64,000 bases of DNA from the NCBI GenBank assembly GCA_963707915.1, contig OY970178.1:224001-288000 (forward strand), in the 5' to 3' direction. Within the stretch, counting starts at the first letter, position 1. Every line of letters starts with the position of its first letter. Source of the stretch: Candidatus Eiseniibacteriota bacterium. GTDB lineage: Bacteria > Eisenbacteria > RBG-16-71-46. The notes beneath the pieces are model-generated. The model made no database searches. It was not told where the DNA came from and worked only from the letters and a program-made list of their open reading frames with translations. A program made the position numbers and the translations under genes. Below are positions 37,849 through 50,627 of this stretch, one piece after another.

Positions 37849-40623
37849 ATGGCCTCCAGGCTCGATGCCATCCAGCGTGCCAGCGCCTCCTACATCGAGG
37901 CGCTGTACGCCCAATACCGGGAGGACCCGGGCGCGGTCGCCGAGGACTGGGGCATCTTCTTCGCCGGCTTCGAGCTGGCGGGTCCGCCGCGGCCCGGCGG
38001 GGGCGTCCCCGGCCAGCCCTCGGGCGAGGTCTTCGGCCTGGTGCAGCACCACCGCATCTTCGGGCACCTCGCCGCCTGGCTCGATCCGCTCAGCGAGCGG
38101 CCGCGGATCCTGAACCTGCTGGACCCGGCGTCGTTCGGGTTCCAGGAGTCCGACCTCGACGCCGTGGTCTCCTGGGAGCCCTTCAAGGGCGGTGCCCGGG
38201 GCCCGCTCCGCGACCTGATCGCCGCCCTGCGCCGGACCTACTGCGACACCATCGGCGTCGAGTTCATGCGTCTCGCCGACGAGGAGCGGCGCGCCTGGCT
38301 GCAGGAGCGCATGGAGCCGGTGCGGAACCACCCGGCGCTGGAGCCGCCCGAGCGCCTGCGCATCCTGCGGCAGCTGGCGCTGGCGGACGGCTTCGAGGAG
38401 TTCCTGAACGTGCGCTACCCCGGGCAGAAGCGCTTCTCGCTCGAGGGCGGTAGCGCGCTGATCCCGATGCTCGACGCGCTGGTCGAGGCCGCGGCCGCAT
38501 CGGGCGTGCAGCAGATCGTCCTGGGGATGCCGCACCGCGGGCGCCTCAACGTGCTGGCGAACCTGGTGGGGAAGCCCTTCGAGGAGATCTTCCGCGAGTT
38601 CGAGGCCACCGAGCAGCCCGAGGAGGTGCAGGGCCACGGCGACGTGAAGTACCACCTCGGCTACTCGACCGACCGTCAGACGCGTGGCGCGGGTTGCGTC
38701 CACCTGGACCTCTACTTCAACCCGAGCCACCTGGAGTTCGTGAACCCGGTCGTGCTGGGGGCGGTGCGGGCCAAGCAGGACCGCATGGGCGAGGCCGGGC
38801 CGACGCGCTGCCTGCCGGTGCTGCTCCACGGCGACGCCGCCTTCGCGGGCGAGGGCATCGTGACCGAGACGCTGGCGATGTCCGCGCTTCCGCACTACGA
38901 CACCGGTGGTACGGTGCACGTCATCGTGAACAACCAGGTCGGCTTCACCACCTCGCCCGCGGACGCGCGCACCTCGCGCTACCCGACCGACGTGACCCGG
39001 ATCGGGGACGCCCCGGTGTTCCACGTGAACGCCGACGACCCCGAGGCGGTCGTGCACATCGTCCGGCTCGCGCTCGAGTACCGGCAGCGGTTCCGGCGCG
39101 ACGTCTTCGTGGACCTGGTGTGCTTCCGCAAGTACGGGCACAACGAGCTGGACGACCCGACCTTCACCCAGCCGGTCATGTACCGGAAGGTGGCGGCGCA
39201 CCCCGCGGTCTCGCGGCTCTACGCGGAGCAGCTCGAGCGCGAGGGCGTGATCGACGGTGCCGGGGTCGAGGCCCTGCGGGGCGAGCTCTCGGCTGCGTTC
39301 CGGGCGGCCCACCAGCGGGCGCGGTCCGGGCGGGCCGCCCGGGTCTCGCGGGCCCTGGGCGGCGCGTGGGAGGGCTTCGAGTGGGCCGGCGAGGACTGGA
39401 CGGCCGAAACCGCGGCGCCCCGCGAGCGGCTCGAGTTCGTGGCGCGCACGCTCGCCGCGGTGCCGCCCGGTTTCCATCCGCACCGCAAGCTCGCTGCCCT
39501 GGCGGCGGAGCGCCTGAAGATGCTGGAGCAGGACCGCGTGGACTGGGGGCTGGGCGAGGCGCTGGCGCTCGGCACCCTGCTGCTCGAGGGCCACGACCTG
39601 CGCGTGAGCGGGCAGGACACCGGGCGCGGCACCTTCAGCCACCGTCACGCGGTGCTGCACGACGCGGAGGACGGCCGCCTGCACGTCCCGCTGCAGCACC
39701 TCGCACCGGGCCAGGGCCGCTTCGAGATCTTCGACACGCCGCTGGCCGAGTCGGCGCCCGTCGGCTTCGAGTACGGCTACAGCACCGCCGCGCCGCGGAC
39801 GCTGGTGGTCTGGGAGGCGCAGTTCGGCGACTTCGCGAACGTGGCCCAGGTCTACCTGGACCAGTTCCTGGCGAGCGCGGAGTCGAAGTGGCGGCGCATG
39901 TCCGGCCTGACCCTGCTGTTGCCCCACGGCTACGAGGGCCAGGGGCCGGAGCACTCGAGCGCGCGGCTGGAGCGCTTCCTCGAACTGTGCGCGCGCTGCA
40001 ACCTGCAGGTCGTGAACCTCACCACCCCGGCGCAGTTGTTCCACGCGCTGCGGCGCCAGATGCACCGGCGCTTCCGCAAGCCCCTCGTCATCATGAGCCC
40101 GAAGAGCCTGCTGCGGCACCGCTCGGCGGTCTCGCCGGTCCGGGAATTCACCGACGGGCACTTCCGAACGCTGATCGACGACGGGACCGTGCGGGACCCG
40201 GACGCGGTGCGGGGCGTCCTGCTCTGCTCGGGGAGGCTCTGCCACGCCCTCGAGGAGGCCCGGGCCGCGCGGCCGGATCTGCCGGCGGCGCTGGTGCGGG
40301 TCGAGCAGCTCTACCCGTTCCCGCGCGCGGGGCTCGATGCGCTGTTCCGGCGCTACCCGAACACGCGCGAGGTCCGCTGGGTGCAGGAGGAGCCCGCCAA
40401 CATGGGTGCGTGGCGCGGCACGCGCCACCGGATCGAGGGCGTGCTGCCCGCGGGCGCGCGCCTGCGGCTGGTGGCGCGCAAGGCCTCGCCCACGCCGGCC
40501 ACCGGCAACTACCACGTCCACGTCGAGCAGGAACGCGCGCTGCTGGAACGCGCGCTCGCGGAGTTCGGGGCGGCGCGCAAGGCGTCCGCGCCGGCCCGCG
40601 GCCGGGAAGGAGGAGCGCCGTGA
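37849..40623 (+). CDS. sucA: 2-oxoglutarate dehydrogenase E1
   Basis: [79 protein letters not shown]. Confidence 0.96.
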   Translation: MASRLDAIQRASASYIEALYAQYREDPGAVAEDWGIFFAGFELAGPPRPGGGVPGQPSGEVFGLVQHHRIFGHLAAWLDPLSERPRILNLLDPASFGFQESDLDAVVSWEPFKGGARGPLRDLIAALRRTYCDTIGVEFMRLADEERRAWLQERMEPVRNHPALEPPERLRILRQLALADGFEEFLNVRYPGQKRFSLEGGSALIPMLDALVEAAAASGVQQIVLGMPHRGRLNVLANLVGKPFEEIFREFEATEQPEEVQGHGDVKYHLGYSTDRQTRGAGCVHLDLYFNPSHLEFVNPVVLGAVRAKQDRMGEAGPTRCLPVLLHGDAAFAGEGIVTETLAMSALPHYDTGGTVHVIVNNQVGFTTSPADARTSRYPTDVTRIGDAPVFHVNADDPEAVVHIVRLALEYRQRFRRDVFVDLVCFRKYGHNELDDPTFTQPVMYRKVAAHPAVSRLYAEQLEREGVIDGAGVEALRGELSAAFRAAHQRARSGRAARVSRALGGAWEGFEWAGEDWTAETAAPRERLEFVARTLAAVPPGFHPHRKLAALAAERLKMLEQDRVDWGLGEALALGTLLLEGHDLRVSGQDTGRGTFSHRHAVLHDAEDGRLHVPLQHLAPGQGRFEIFDTPLAESAPVGFEYGYSTAAPRTLVVWEAQFGDFANVAQVYLDQFLASAESKWRRMSGLTLLLPHGYEGQGPEHSSARLERFLELCARCNLQVVNLTTPAQLFHALRRQMHRRFRKPLVIMSPKSLLRHRSAVSPVREFTDGHFRTLIDDGTVRDPDAVRGVLLCSGRLCHALEEARAARPDLPAALVRVEQLYPFPRAGLDALFRRYPNTREVRWVQEEPANMGAWRGTRHRIEGVLPAGARLRLVARKASPTPATGNYHVHVEQERALLERALAEFGAARKASAPARGREGGAP

Positions 40624-41885
40624 GCGTCGAGGTCAAGGTCCCGCGGCTGGCGGAGTCCATCGCGGACGCCACGCTGGTCGAGTGGCTCAAGGGCGACGGC
40701 GAGGCGGTGCGCATGGACGAGCCCATCGCCACGCTCGAGACGGACAAGGCGGCGGTGGAGATCGCCGCCACGGAGAACGGCCGGCTGCGCCACGCGCGCA
40801 AGGTGGGCGACGTGGTGCGGGCGGACGACGTGCTGGCCCGGATCGAGCCCGGCACGGTCGCCCCCGCGGCCCCGGCGACGCAGCCGGCCGCCCCGCCGGT
40901 CCCGGCGACGTCCCCGGCCGCCGCCGCCACCGCACGGCGCCCCGCGCCGGCCGCCCCGCCCGCCGCCCCGCCCGCCGGGGCCCCGCCGGGGCCGGCAGTG
41001 CGGCGCCTGCTCGAGGAGCACGGGCTCGACCCGGCCGCCCTGACGGCGACCGGCCCGGGCGGGCGGCTGCTCAAGGAGGACGTGCTGCGGCACCTCGAGC
41101 AGGCAGCCGCCTGCCCTGCCGTGCCCGCCCGCCCGGTCCCCGACGCGACCGCGCCGGCGCCGCCCGAGGCCGCCGCCCCCGCGGGTGCCGGCGAGCGTGT
41201 CGTGCCGATGAGCCGCATCCGCCTGCGCATCGCCGAGCGTCTCGTGCAGGCGCAGCACACGGCGGCGATCCTGACCACCTTCAACGAGGTGGACATGAGC
41301 GCCATCGTCGAGTTGCGCGCGCGCCGTCGCGAGAGCTTCGAGCGGCAACACGGCGTGAAGCTCGGCATGGCGAGCTTCTTCGCCCGGGCCGCGATCCAGG
41401 CGCTGCGCGAGGTGCCCGAGATCAACGCCGGCATCCGCGGCACCGACTTCGTCTACCACGACTTCGTGAACCTCTCGGTGGCGGTGCAGACCGACCGGGG
41501 GCTGGTGGTCCCGGTGGTCCACGACGCTCACCGGCTCTGCTTCCCGGACCTCGAGCGCGAGATCGCCCGCCTGGCGGCCAAGGCGCGCGAGCACCGGCTC
41601 TCGCTCGACGACCTGGCCGGCGGCACGTTCACGGTCTCGAACGGCGGGATCTTCGGCTCGCTCCTGTCCACGCCCATCCTCAATCCGCCTCAAAGCGGCA
41701 TCCTCGGGATGCACAAGATCGAGAAGCGTCCCGTGGCGGTGGCCGACCAGGTGGTGATCCGGCCGATGATGTACGTCGCGCTCTCCTACGACCACCGCAT
41801 CGTGGACGGCGAACAGTCGGTGACCTTCCTGGTGAAGGTGAAGGAGCGGCTCGAGGACCCCGAGCGCCTGCTGCTGGATATCTGA
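40620..41885 (+). CDS. sucB: Dihydrolipoyllysine-residue succinyltransferase E2
   Basis: Lipoyl ETDKA, E3-binding [50 protein letters not shown] start overlapping the sucA stop. Confidence 0.95.
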   Translation: MSVEVKVPRLAESIADATLVEWLKGDGEAVRMDEPIATLETDKAAVEIAATENGRLRHARKVGDVVRADDVLARIEPGTVAPAAPATQPAAPPVPATSPAAAATARRPAPAAPPAAPPAGAPPGPAVRRLLEEHGLDPAALTATGPGGRLLKEDVLRHLEQAAACPAVPARPVPDATAPAPPEAAAPAGAGERVVPMSRIRLRIAERLVQAQHTAAILTTFNEVDMSAIVELRARRRESFERQHGVKLGMASFFARAAIQALREVPEINAGIRGTDFVYHDFVNLSVAVQTDRGLVVPVVHDAHRLCFPDLEREIARLAAKAREHRLSLDDLAGGTFTVSNGGIFGSLLSTPILNPPQSGILGMHKIEKRPVAVADQVVIRPMMYVALSYDHRIVDGEQSVTFLVKVKERLEDPERLLLDI

Positions 41886-41957
41886 GAGGCCGGGCCGGGC
41901 GGCGGGACACCTCCGCGCGGCCGCTGCGCATCCTCGAGAACGAAGGAGACCCGCTCC

Positions 41958-43358
<1,401 letters not shown>

Positions 43359-43715
43359 CCGGCGGAGCGTGGTGCCCCCCCGGGGACCCGCCGCCGGCCG
43401 GTGGGCGGGGCCGCAGGACGATGGGGGGGGCCGGACCCGGTGCCGGGCGCGACCGCGTTCCTGGGCCGGCCCCCCGGCTCGCTTGCGCTGGGGCTGATGA
43501 CCCAGGACAGCCCGGTCGAACCCTTCCCCATTCCGTTACATCAAATGTCCCGGGTGTGTTGATTGTACGGGCCGTCTGTTGATAGACTTCCCACCAGTCA
43601 AGGTCCTGCGCCTGCCCATGGTCCCCCCCTGCGGCGCGGACTGTCGTCGAGTGCCCGACGACCGCATATCCCACAGGTCCTGCATCGTGCTTCGTTGGAT
43701 TGGGAGAACCGCTCC

Positions 43716-44486
43716 ATGAGAGTACCGACCGGGCTACTGCTCACTCTATTCACCTGTGCCGCACTCTGCGCGGCCGTCCCTTCCCACGCGGTCGTGACGG
43801 TGGTCTGGGGCGACTCCTGGGACGGGCCCAGCGCCGGTCTCCAGCACATCGTGGATGACCTCTACGGGGCCGGGCACGTCGACGTGAAGACCGACTACCT
43901 GGGGGCCAAGGCGGGGGATCCGGACCCGTGGTTCTGGGTGGACAACCAGTTCTCGGCGCTGCTGGTGAAGGAGGTCGCGGGGAACGCGGACTACAACCAG
44001 GTCGGCTGGTTCCAGGACAACGGCTCGTTCCCCGTCCTCGTGAACGACGGCGTGCATGACGGGGTGGTCTTCGACGGCCCGGCGGGCACCGGCACCGCCG
44101 CGATCGTGACGTTCCTGAAGCCGATGACCCGGTTCAACTTCTACCTGAATCCCAACGGGCCGGGGGATGCCACGAACGCTCCTGAGCCGGAGAAGTTCTA
44201 CACCAATCGCACCTACAACGACGCCGGGTCCGACGGCAGCGGGGCGCTGCACGCGCCGCTGGGCGGCGACGTGCAGGCGCTGGTCTACGACCTCTCGCGC
44301 ATCAAGGGAACGAACACCTGGCTCGTCTGCTTCGAGGATCTCGACTCGGGCGCGAACCCCGGTCCCTGGGGCCAGGCTCAGACCGACAACGACTTCAACG
44401 ATCTCGTCTTCGAGGTGACCGCCTTCGGCGCGACGCCGGTCCAGGCGCTCTCCTTCGGCGGACTCAAGGCGAAGTACACGCACTGA
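43716..44486 (+). CDS. Secreted protein with DUF4114-like domain and SFGGLKAKY tail
   Basis: Signal peptide; CFEDL...DNDFNDLVFEV motif; C-terminal ATPVQALSFGGLKAKYTH. Confidence 0.75.
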   Translation: MRVPTGLLLTLFTCAALCAAVPSHAVVTVVWGDSWDGPSAGLQHIVDDLYGAGHVDVKTDYLGAKAGDPDPWFWVDNQFSALLVKEVAGNADYNQVGWFQDNGSFPVLVNDGVHDGVVFDGPAGTGTAAIVTFLKPMTRFNFYLNPNGPGDATNAPEPEKFYTNRTYNDAGSDGSGALHAPLGGDVQALVYDLSRIKGTNTWLVCFEDLDSGANPGPWGQAQTDNDFNDLVFEVTAFGATPVQALSFGGLKAKYTH

Positions 44487-44509
44487 CACCGGTGTCCTCC
44501 CCGCGCCGC

Positions 44510-44540
44510 GGGCGCGCCCTTCACCGGGCGCGCCCTTCGT
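44510..44540 (+). terminator. Terminator hairpin
   Basis: GGGCGCGCCC-TTCACC-GGGCGCGCCC followed by TTCGT, just after the stop at 44486. Confidence 0.6.
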
Positions 44541-44655
44541 GCATCCGGCTGAAGCGTCGCGCCCGCCGGGACCGGGCAGCCGCCGCTTGACGCCGGCGAA
44601 CCGGCTGCGACATCCTGCGCGATCATGACCCTCGCTTCCCCCGGGCCCGCCTGAG

Positions 44656-45315
44656 GTGTTCCACTCGCTGCTGACGCTCTGGTTCGACCTCACGCTCCGG
44701 TGGGGCTACGCGGGCGTGTTCACCCTCATGGCCATCGAGTCCACCGTGTTCCCACTGCCCAGCGAGGTCGTGGTCCCGCCGGCGGCCTACCTGGCGACGC
44801 AGGGACACCTGCACTTCTGGGGCGTGGTAGCCGCCGCCACGCTGGGCTCGTGGGCGGGCTCCGCGCTCTCCTACTGGGTGGCGCGCGCGGCGGGCCGGCC
44901 GCTGCTGCTGCGCTACGGCCGCTACGTGTTCGTGCCCGAGAAGAAGTGGATGCTGGCCGAGGGCTGGATCAACCGGTACTCCGCCGCCGGCATCTTCTTC
45001 GCGCGGCTGCTCCCGGTCGTCCGTCACCTGGTGTCGCTCCCCGCGGGTGCGGCCCGCATGGACTTCCGCGTCTTCACCACCATGACCCTGCTGGGCTCGT
45101 TCGTCTGGTGCACGGTCCTGGCCTGGTTCGGTGCGGTGGTGCTGGGGGAGGAGAAGCAGCTGCTCCAGGACCCGTCCGCGATGGTGCGCGTGCTGAAGCA
45201 CAAGCTCGGGTGGTTCATGGCCGCCGCCGCGGTGCTGCTCGTGCTCTACATCCTGGTGGACGTGATCGGTCGCCGCATGCGGCGCGACGGCGCGGGCAGC
45301 CCGAAGGCGTCCTGA
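44656..45315 (+). CDS. DedA family membrane protein
   Basis: MAIESTVFPLPSEVV, GRPLLLRYGRY, FFARLLPVVRHLVSLPAG. Confidence 0.93.
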   Translation: MFHSLLTLWFDLTLRWGYAGVFTLMAIESTVFPLPSEVVVPPAAYLATQGHLHFWGVVAAATLGSWAGSALSYWVARAAGRPLLLRYGRYVFVPEKKWMLAEGWINRYSAAGIFFARLLPVVRHLVSLPAGAARMDFRVFTTMTLLGSFVWCTVLAWFGAVVLGEEKQLLQDPSAMVRVLKHKLGWFMAAAAVLLVLYILVDVIGRRMRRDGAGSPKAS

Positions 45316-45316
45316 C

Positions 45317-46561
45317 GTGCGGGGCCGCGCCGCCGCATCGTCCCGCCGCGCGGCCCTCGCGGGGACGCTGGTCCTGCTCGCGGCGGGGATGCCCACCGGC
45401 CCCGGCCCGGCGGGCGTGCCGGAGGCGAGGGGGGAGCCGATGCTCCAGGTCATCGCGGTCGACGTGCCCGGCGGCACGCCCGTGGACGACCCGATCTGGA
45501 TCTCGGGCGACCTCCCCGCGCTGGGGGCGTGGAACGGCGCCGGCGTGCGGCTCGAACGCGTCGGAAGCGGGCGCTACCTGGCGCGCGTGGCCCTCGAGCG
45601 CGGTGCGCCCTTCGAGTTCAAGGTGACGCGCGGCAGCTGGGAGACGGTCGAGAAGGACGCGCGCGGCGGCGAGATCGCGAATCGGCGCGCCCGCTCGGGC
45701 GAGTCCGACACCCTCCGGGTGACGGTCGCCGGGTGGCGCGACCCGTCGGGGAGCGGCGCGGCGCGGCGCTCGACGCTCACCGGCGACGTGCGGCGGCACG
45801 CGGCGATCCCCTCGAGCTTCGTGCGCAGCCGTGAGGTGCTGGTGTGGCTCCCGCCGGGTTACGGGGCCGACCGCACCCGGCGCTACCCGGTGCTCTACTT
45901 CCACGACGGCAACAACGTCTTCGACGCGGCCACCAGCTTCAAGGGCACCGAGTGGGGCGCGGACGAGACCGCGGCGCGCCTGGTCCGGTCCGGCGCGCTG
46001 CGCCCCTGCATCCTGGTCGGCGTGGCGAACACGCCGGACCGCACGTCCGAGTACACGCCGGTCGCCGATGCCGGCCACGGCGGGGGAGGAGCGGCCGCGT
46101 ACGAGCGCTTCCTGGTCGAGGAGGTGAAGCCCTTCGTCGACCGCTCGTACCGGACGCTGGCGGGGCCGGGCGACACCGGGCTGGTCGGGTCCTCGCTGGG
46201 CGCCATCGTCTCGCTCGACCTGGCCCTGAAACGTCCGGACCTGTTCGGGCTGGTGGGCTGCGTGTCGCCCGCGGCCTGGTGGGCGGACCGCGACATCGTC
46301 CGCCGCGCCGCGGCCGCCCCGGTCGGGACCGCGCTGCGCATCTGGCTCGATATCGGCACGGCCGAGGGCACGGAGAAGGCCGGGGCCAGGGAGTGGCTCG
46401 ACGACGCGCGGGCCCTGCGGGGTGCGCTGGTGGCGCGCGGCTGGCGGGAGGGCGCAGGCCTGCACTACGAGGAGGTCGAGGGCGCGGTCCACGACGAGGG
46501 CGCCTGGGCGGCCCGGCTGGACCGGATGCTGGTGTTCCTGCTGGGGCCACCGCGGCCCTGA
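45317..46561 (+). CDS. CBM20-like starch-binding domain plus alpha/beta-hydrolase (putative esterase)
   Basis: ISGDLPALGAWN...FEFKVTRGSWETVE, then VWLPPGY, YPVLYFHDGNN, GSSLG, WLDIGTAEG, HDEGAW. Start uncertain. Confidence 0.82.
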   Translation: MRGRAAASSRRAALAGTLVLLAAGMPTGPGPAGVPEARGEPMLQVIAVDVPGGTPVDDPIWISGDLPALGAWNGAGVRLERVGSGRYLARVALERGAPFEFKVTRGSWETVEKDARGGEIANRRARSGESDTLRVTVAGWRDPSGSGAARRSTLTGDVRRHAAIPSSFVRSREVLVWLPPGYGADRTRRYPVLYFHDGNNVFDAATSFKGTEWGADETAARLVRSGALRPCILVGVANTPDRTSEYTPVADAGHGGGGAAAYERFLVEEVKPFVDRSYRTLAGPGDTGLVGSSLGAIVSLDLALKRPDLFGLVGCVSPAAWWADRDIVRRAAAAPVGTALRIWLDIGTAEGTEKAGAREWLDDARALRGALVARGWREGAGLHYEEVEGAVHDEGAWAARLDRMLVFLLGPPRP

Positions 46562-46647
46562 GGGCGGGGCGTGGCCGGGTTGTATCGATCCCGCCGATTC
46601 GCTAGGGTCCGAGCGACACTGAGCCGTACCTGCGCGGGAGAGCGACG

Positions 46648-47742
46648 ATGCCGACGGTCGAACTGATCCGGGTGAGCAAGACCTACGGGCGCGGCGCCCG
46701 CGCCGTGGACGACGTGAACCTCTCGATCCGCGACGGTGAGTTCCTGGTACTGGTGGGACCTTCGGGCTGCGGCAAGTCCACCGTGCTGCGCATGGTGGCG
46801 GGGCTCGAGGAGGTCACCGAGGGCGAGATCAGGATCGGTGACCGGGTGGTCAACGACGTCGCGCCCAAGGACCGGGACATCGCCATGGTGTTCCAGAACT
46901 ACGCGCTCTACCCGCACATGTCGGTCTACGACAACATGGCGTTCGGCCTGCGCCGCCGCAAGTTGCCCGCGGCCGAGGTGGACCGCAAGGTGCGCGGCGC
47001 GGCGGACACCCTCGGACTCGAGAGCTACCTGCAGCGCAAGCCGCGCGAGCTCTCGGGCGGCGAGCGGCAGCGCGTGGCGCTGGGGCGCGCCATGGTGCGC
47101 GATCCCCAGGTCTTCCTGTTCGACGAACCGCTCTCGAACCTGGACGCGAAGCTGCGCGTGCAGATGCGCGCGGAGATCAAGCGACTGCACCAGCGCGTGA
47201 ACGCCACCATGATCTACGTCACGCACGACCAGACCGAGGCGATGACGCTGGGCGACCGCATCGCCGTCCTGCGCCGGGGCGTGCTGCAGCAGGTCGCGGA
47301 CCCGTTCACGCTCTACGGGCGCCCGGCCAGCCAGTTCGTCGCCGGTTTCATCGGCAGCCCGCCCATCAACTTCTTCTCCGCCGCGCTCGACGAGGCCGGC
47401 ACGACGCTGCGGAGCGGGGCGGTGAGCATCGCCCTGCCGCCCGACGTGGCGGCACGACTCGCGCCGCGCCGCGGCAGGACGGTGACGCTGGGCATCCGGC
47501 CCGAGGACCTGCTACTCGAGGAGCGCGGGGCCGGCGTGGCGCTCGACGGGGTGGTGGACGTGCGCGAGCCGCTCGGTAACGAGGTGCTCGTCCATCTCGC
47601 CACGCCGGTCGGGCCGTTCATCGCGCGCTACCCGGGACAGGGCGTGCCCGAGGTGGGATCGAAGGCGAAGCTCCACTTCTCGTTCGCCAAGCTCCACTGC
47701 TTCGACCCCGACACCGAGCTCGCCCTGGACGGCGCCGGCTAG
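46648..47742 (+). CDS. Sugar ABC transporter ATP-binding protein (MalK/MsmX/UgpC family)
   Basis: GPSGCGKST, VFQNYALYPHM, LSGGERQR, DEPLSNLDAKLR, YVTHDQTEAMTL, GIRPE. Confidence 0.95.
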   Translation: MPTVELIRVSKTYGRGARAVDDVNLSIRDGEFLVLVGPSGCGKSTVLRMVAGLEEVTEGEIRIGDRVVNDVAPKDRDIAMVFQNYALYPHMSVYDNMAFGLRRRKLPAAEVDRKVRGAADTLGLESYLQRKPRELSGGERQRVALGRAMVRDPQVFLFDEPLSNLDAKLRVQMRAEIKRLHQRVNATMIYVTHDQTEAMTLGDRIAVLRRGVLQQVADPFTLYGRPASQFVAGFIGSPPINFFSAALDEAGTTLRSGAVSIALPPDVAARLAPRRGRTVTLGIRPEDLLLEERGAGVALDGVVDVREPLGNEVLVHLATPVGPFIARYPGQGVPEVGSKAKLHFSFAKLHCFDPDTELALDGAG

Positions 47743-47758
47743 GGCACCGCGCGGAACT

Positions 47759-47798
47759 CGAAGCGCCCCGCCGCAGCGCAGCGCGGCGGGGCGCTTCG
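47759..47798. terminator. Bidirectional terminator hairpin
   Basis: 16-bp stem CGAAGCGCCCCGCCGC / GCGGCGGGGCGCTTCG between convergent genes. Confidence 0.7.
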
Positions 47799-47812
47799 TT
47801 CGTCCGGCGAGA

Positions 47813-50515
47813 CTACTTCCCCGGCGTGGACTTCGCGGGCGCGCCCGGCTTCGCCAGCTTGAAGAGGCGACCGCTCTCCGGCGCGAGCGCGATCCTCGCG
47901 GCGCCGTCCCACGCCTCGGTCGTGCCGGCCAGCACGTCGAAGGCCTTGACGCTCCCGCCGAGCGCCGCGAGGTCCACGGGCACCTCGGCGGCCTCCTTGC
48001 CCGCGTTGAGCGCGACCAGCCACAGGTCCCCGCCGCCGGCGCGCACGTAGGCGTACGACTTGCCCTGGGCGTAGACCGTGCGGAAGTCGCCGGTGCGCAG
48101 CGCGGCGCTGGAGTGCCGCGTGGCCGTGAGCTTCTTGTAGTAGTCGAGCAGTTCGACCCGCCACGCGTCGCGGGCGTAGTCCCAGTAGAAGGGCCGGCGG
48201 CAGTCGGGGTCCTTGCCGCCCTCCATGCCCACCTCGTCGCCGTAGTAGATCTGGGGCGCGCCGACGTAGGTCATGGCGAACAGGGCGGCGAGCTTGAGAC
48301 GCTTGACGTTCCCGTTCACCTGGGTGAGGAAGCGCGGCGTGTCGTGGCTGTCGATCAAGTTCATCTGCGCCTCGACCGCCTGGCTCGGGTAGGCGAGCCG
48401 CCCCTGCGAGAGCGAGCCGTCGAACTCGGCGGCCGTGCCCTGGCCCAGGCCGAGGAACTTCGTGACCGGGTCGCGGAAGAAGGCGTAGTTCATCACCGCG
48501 TCGAAGACCCCGGGCTTCACCCAGTCGGTGGCGTTGCCCCACAGCTCGCCGACGATGTAGGCGTCGGGCTTGACCTTCTTCACCCGCTCGTTGAACAGCT
48601 TCCAGAACCAGCGGGGCACCTCGTTCGGGACATCGAGCCGCACGCCGTCGGCGTCGGCCACCTTGAGCCAGTACTCGGTCGTGTCGAGCAGGTACTGGAC
48701 CAGCGCGATGTTGGGCTGGGCGTCCTTGATGTCCTGGATGGTGCCTTCCTGCGGCCGCGTGTGCGCGAGGTCGAAATTGAGGGCGGGCAGGTCCCCGAAG
48801 CCCCACCAGCACTGGTAGTAGTCCGCCGGCTTCCACGGGCCGTCGACGTTCGGCCAGCCCTGCGGCAGCGGCCAGCGCTTGAACTCGAACCAGCTGTAGT
48901 AGGGGCTCTGCACACCCTTGTCGACCGCATCCTTGAACATGTACGACGTGTTGCCGCAGTGGTTGTAGACGATGTCGAGGACGATGCGGATGCCCCTGGC
49001 CTTCGCCTGCTTCACGAACGCGGCGAACTCCTCGTTGGTGCCGAAGTGCGGGTCGATCTTCGCGTAGTCCGCGGCGTCGTACTTGTGCGCCGATTTGGCC
49101 TGGAAGAGCGGGTTGAAGTAGATGACCGTGATGCCCAGGTCCTTCAGGTAGTCGAGCTTCTGCCGCACGCCCTCGATGTCGCCGCCGTAGAACACCATCC
49201 AGTCGCGGCCGTCCTGGGTGTAGGGGTTGCCGCTCAGCGCCTGCCAGTGGTTCCAGTCGCGATCCAGGTGGTAGTACTCCTGGTAGTCGGTGTTGAGCCT
49301 CCCGCTCGCGGGTGGCTGGTTGCGGCCCTGGTAGTACCACTCGGTGAAGTCGGGGTCGTTCGCGGTGCTGCCGTTGCGGAAGCGCTCCGGGTAGATCTGG
49401 TAGAAGATGCCGTTCCGGACCCAGTCCGGCGTGACGAAGGCGGGGAAGCGCGATTCCGCGTAGGCGAAGCGGCCTTCGGCGGCCGAGACCTTGAGACCGG
49501 CGCTCGTCAGGTACCAGCTCTTCGCCCCGTCACGGTAGCGGAACACGTACGGGGTCTCCCCGGCCGGCATCCTCACCTCGGTCCGGTAGTAGTCGTAGAC
49601 CTTGTCGCGGTTGGTCCAGCGCATCGGCGTCACCAGTTCCTTCGCGCCCTCGAAGCGGACCAGGTCCACGCCCTCCACGTCGTCCGCGTGGGCGCGCGCC
49701 GTGAACTCGACGAGCCCGCCGCCGCGGTTGTTGACCTCGTTCGCGCCCTGCCCGTGCGCGATGCCGTCGGGGTAGACCTTGCCGTCGCCGCGCTTCACCT
49801 CGATCTTCGGGAAGCGTTCGTCGACGTTCTTGACGGAGTTCTTGCCGCCGAAGCCGTCGTCGAGCTCGGCGTCCTGTCCGACCTTGTCCTGGGTCCAGCC
49901 GTTGTCGCCCACCACGAACTTGTACTGGTAGGTCCCCGCGGGCAGCAGCAGCGTGGCCGCGAAGTCGCCGTTGGCGTCCGGGCCGGCGAGCGGGTTCTTG
50001 CCCACGGTCCAGTCGTTGAACGTGCCCGCCACGCTGACGCGCTCCACCCGGGTCCCCGGGCGGAACACGAACGGCACCTGGTGGAGCCCGACGCCGGCCT
50101 GGGCCGCGGCCTTCTTCGGCGCGGCGCCGTAGCCGGCCACGAGCGGCTCGTCCTTCAGCACCAGCACCGCGTTCTGCCCGCCGAACCCGTCGGGCGAGGT
50201 GTCCGCGGCGTTCTCGTCGGCGAACCACTGGTCGCCATTCACCACGAACTTGTACTCGACGCGGCCGGGCGGGATCTCGACCGGGGCCTCCCAGACGCCG
50301 TCCTTGTTGTCGTCGTTCAGGGGATTGGCCTTGACGTCCCAGCCGTTGAAGTTGCCCGCCACGGCGACGCTGTTCACGCCGCCGATGACCGGCTGGTAGC
50401 GGAAGGTGACCTTGGTGGCCCACGCGGCCGTGGCGACGAGCAGCAGGCCGATCGTGGCCACGGTCGCGACGAACGCGCGGGAGCCCCGCGGTCCTGGGAG
50501 CGGCGTCCTCGTCAT
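47813..50515 (-). CDS. Signal-peptide GH13 neopullulanase/cyclomaltodextrinase-like enzyme with two N-terminal AMPK-type (CBM48-like) glycogen-binding domains
   Basis: AGNFNGW...YKFVV..W..D and AGTFNDW...YKFVV domains; FYQIYPERF, GGDIEG, HKYD, DIVYNH, DGVRLDV, VGELW, IDSHD, YYGDE.GM.G..DP.CR. Confidence 0.93.
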   Translation of the reverse strand: MTRTPLPGPRGSRAFVATVATIGLLLVATAAWATKVTFRYQPVIGGVNSVAVAGNFNGWDVKANPLNDDNKDGVWEAPVEIPPGRVEYKFVVNGDQWFADENAADTSPDGFGGQNAVLVLKDEPLVAGYGAAPKKAAAQAGVGLHQVPFVFRPGTRVERVSVAGTFNDWTVGKNPLAGPDANGDFAATLLLPAGTYQYKFVVGDNGWTQDKVGQDAELDDGFGGKNSVKNVDERFPKIEVKRGDGKVYPDGIAHGQGANEVNNRGGGLVEFTARAHADDVEGVDLVRFEGAKELVTPMRWTNRDKVYDYYRTEVRMPAGETPYVFRYRDGAKSWYLTSAGLKVSAAEGRFAYAESRFPAFVTPDWVRNGIFYQIYPERFRNGSTANDPDFTEWYYQGRNQPPASGRLNTDYQEYYHLDRDWNHWQALSGNPYTQDGRDWMVFYGGDIEGVRQKLDYLKDLGITVIYFNPLFQAKSAHKYDAADYAKIDPHFGTNEEFAAFVKQAKARGIRIVLDIVYNHCGNTSYMFKDAVDKGVQSPYYSWFEFKRWPLPQGWPNVDGPWKPADYYQCWWGFGDLPALNFDLAHTRPQEGTIQDIKDAQPNIALVQYLLDTTEYWLKVADADGVRLDVPNEVPRWFWKLFNERVKKVKPDAYIVGELWGNATDWVKPGVFDAVMNYAFFRDPVTKFLGLGQGTAAEFDGSLSQGRLAYPSQAVEAQMNLIDSHDTPRFLTQVNGNVKRLKLAALFAMTYVGAPQIYYGDEVGMEGGKDPDCRRPFYWDYARDAWRVELLDYYKKLTATRHSSAALRTGDFRTVYAQGKSYAYVRAGGGDLWLVALNAGKEAAEVPVDLAALGGSVKAFDVLAGTTEAWDGAARIALAPESGRLFKLAKPGAPAKSTPGK

Positions 50516-50589
50516 GGCTCGATACTCCTTGAGGGGGTTCGCGAAGTCCGGCGCGGGGGAGTCCCGCGCCGGTGGGTCGGTCGGAAGTC

Positions 50590-50620
50590 CGAAGCGCCGC
50601 CCGGTGCGGGCGGCGCTTCG
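50590..50620 (-). terminator. Intra-operon hairpin (terminator or mRNA stabiliser)
   Basis: 13-bp stem CGAAGCGCCGCCC / GGGCGGCGCTTCG just after the stop at 50628. Confidence 0.6.
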
Positions 50621-50627
50621 CGCAGGC

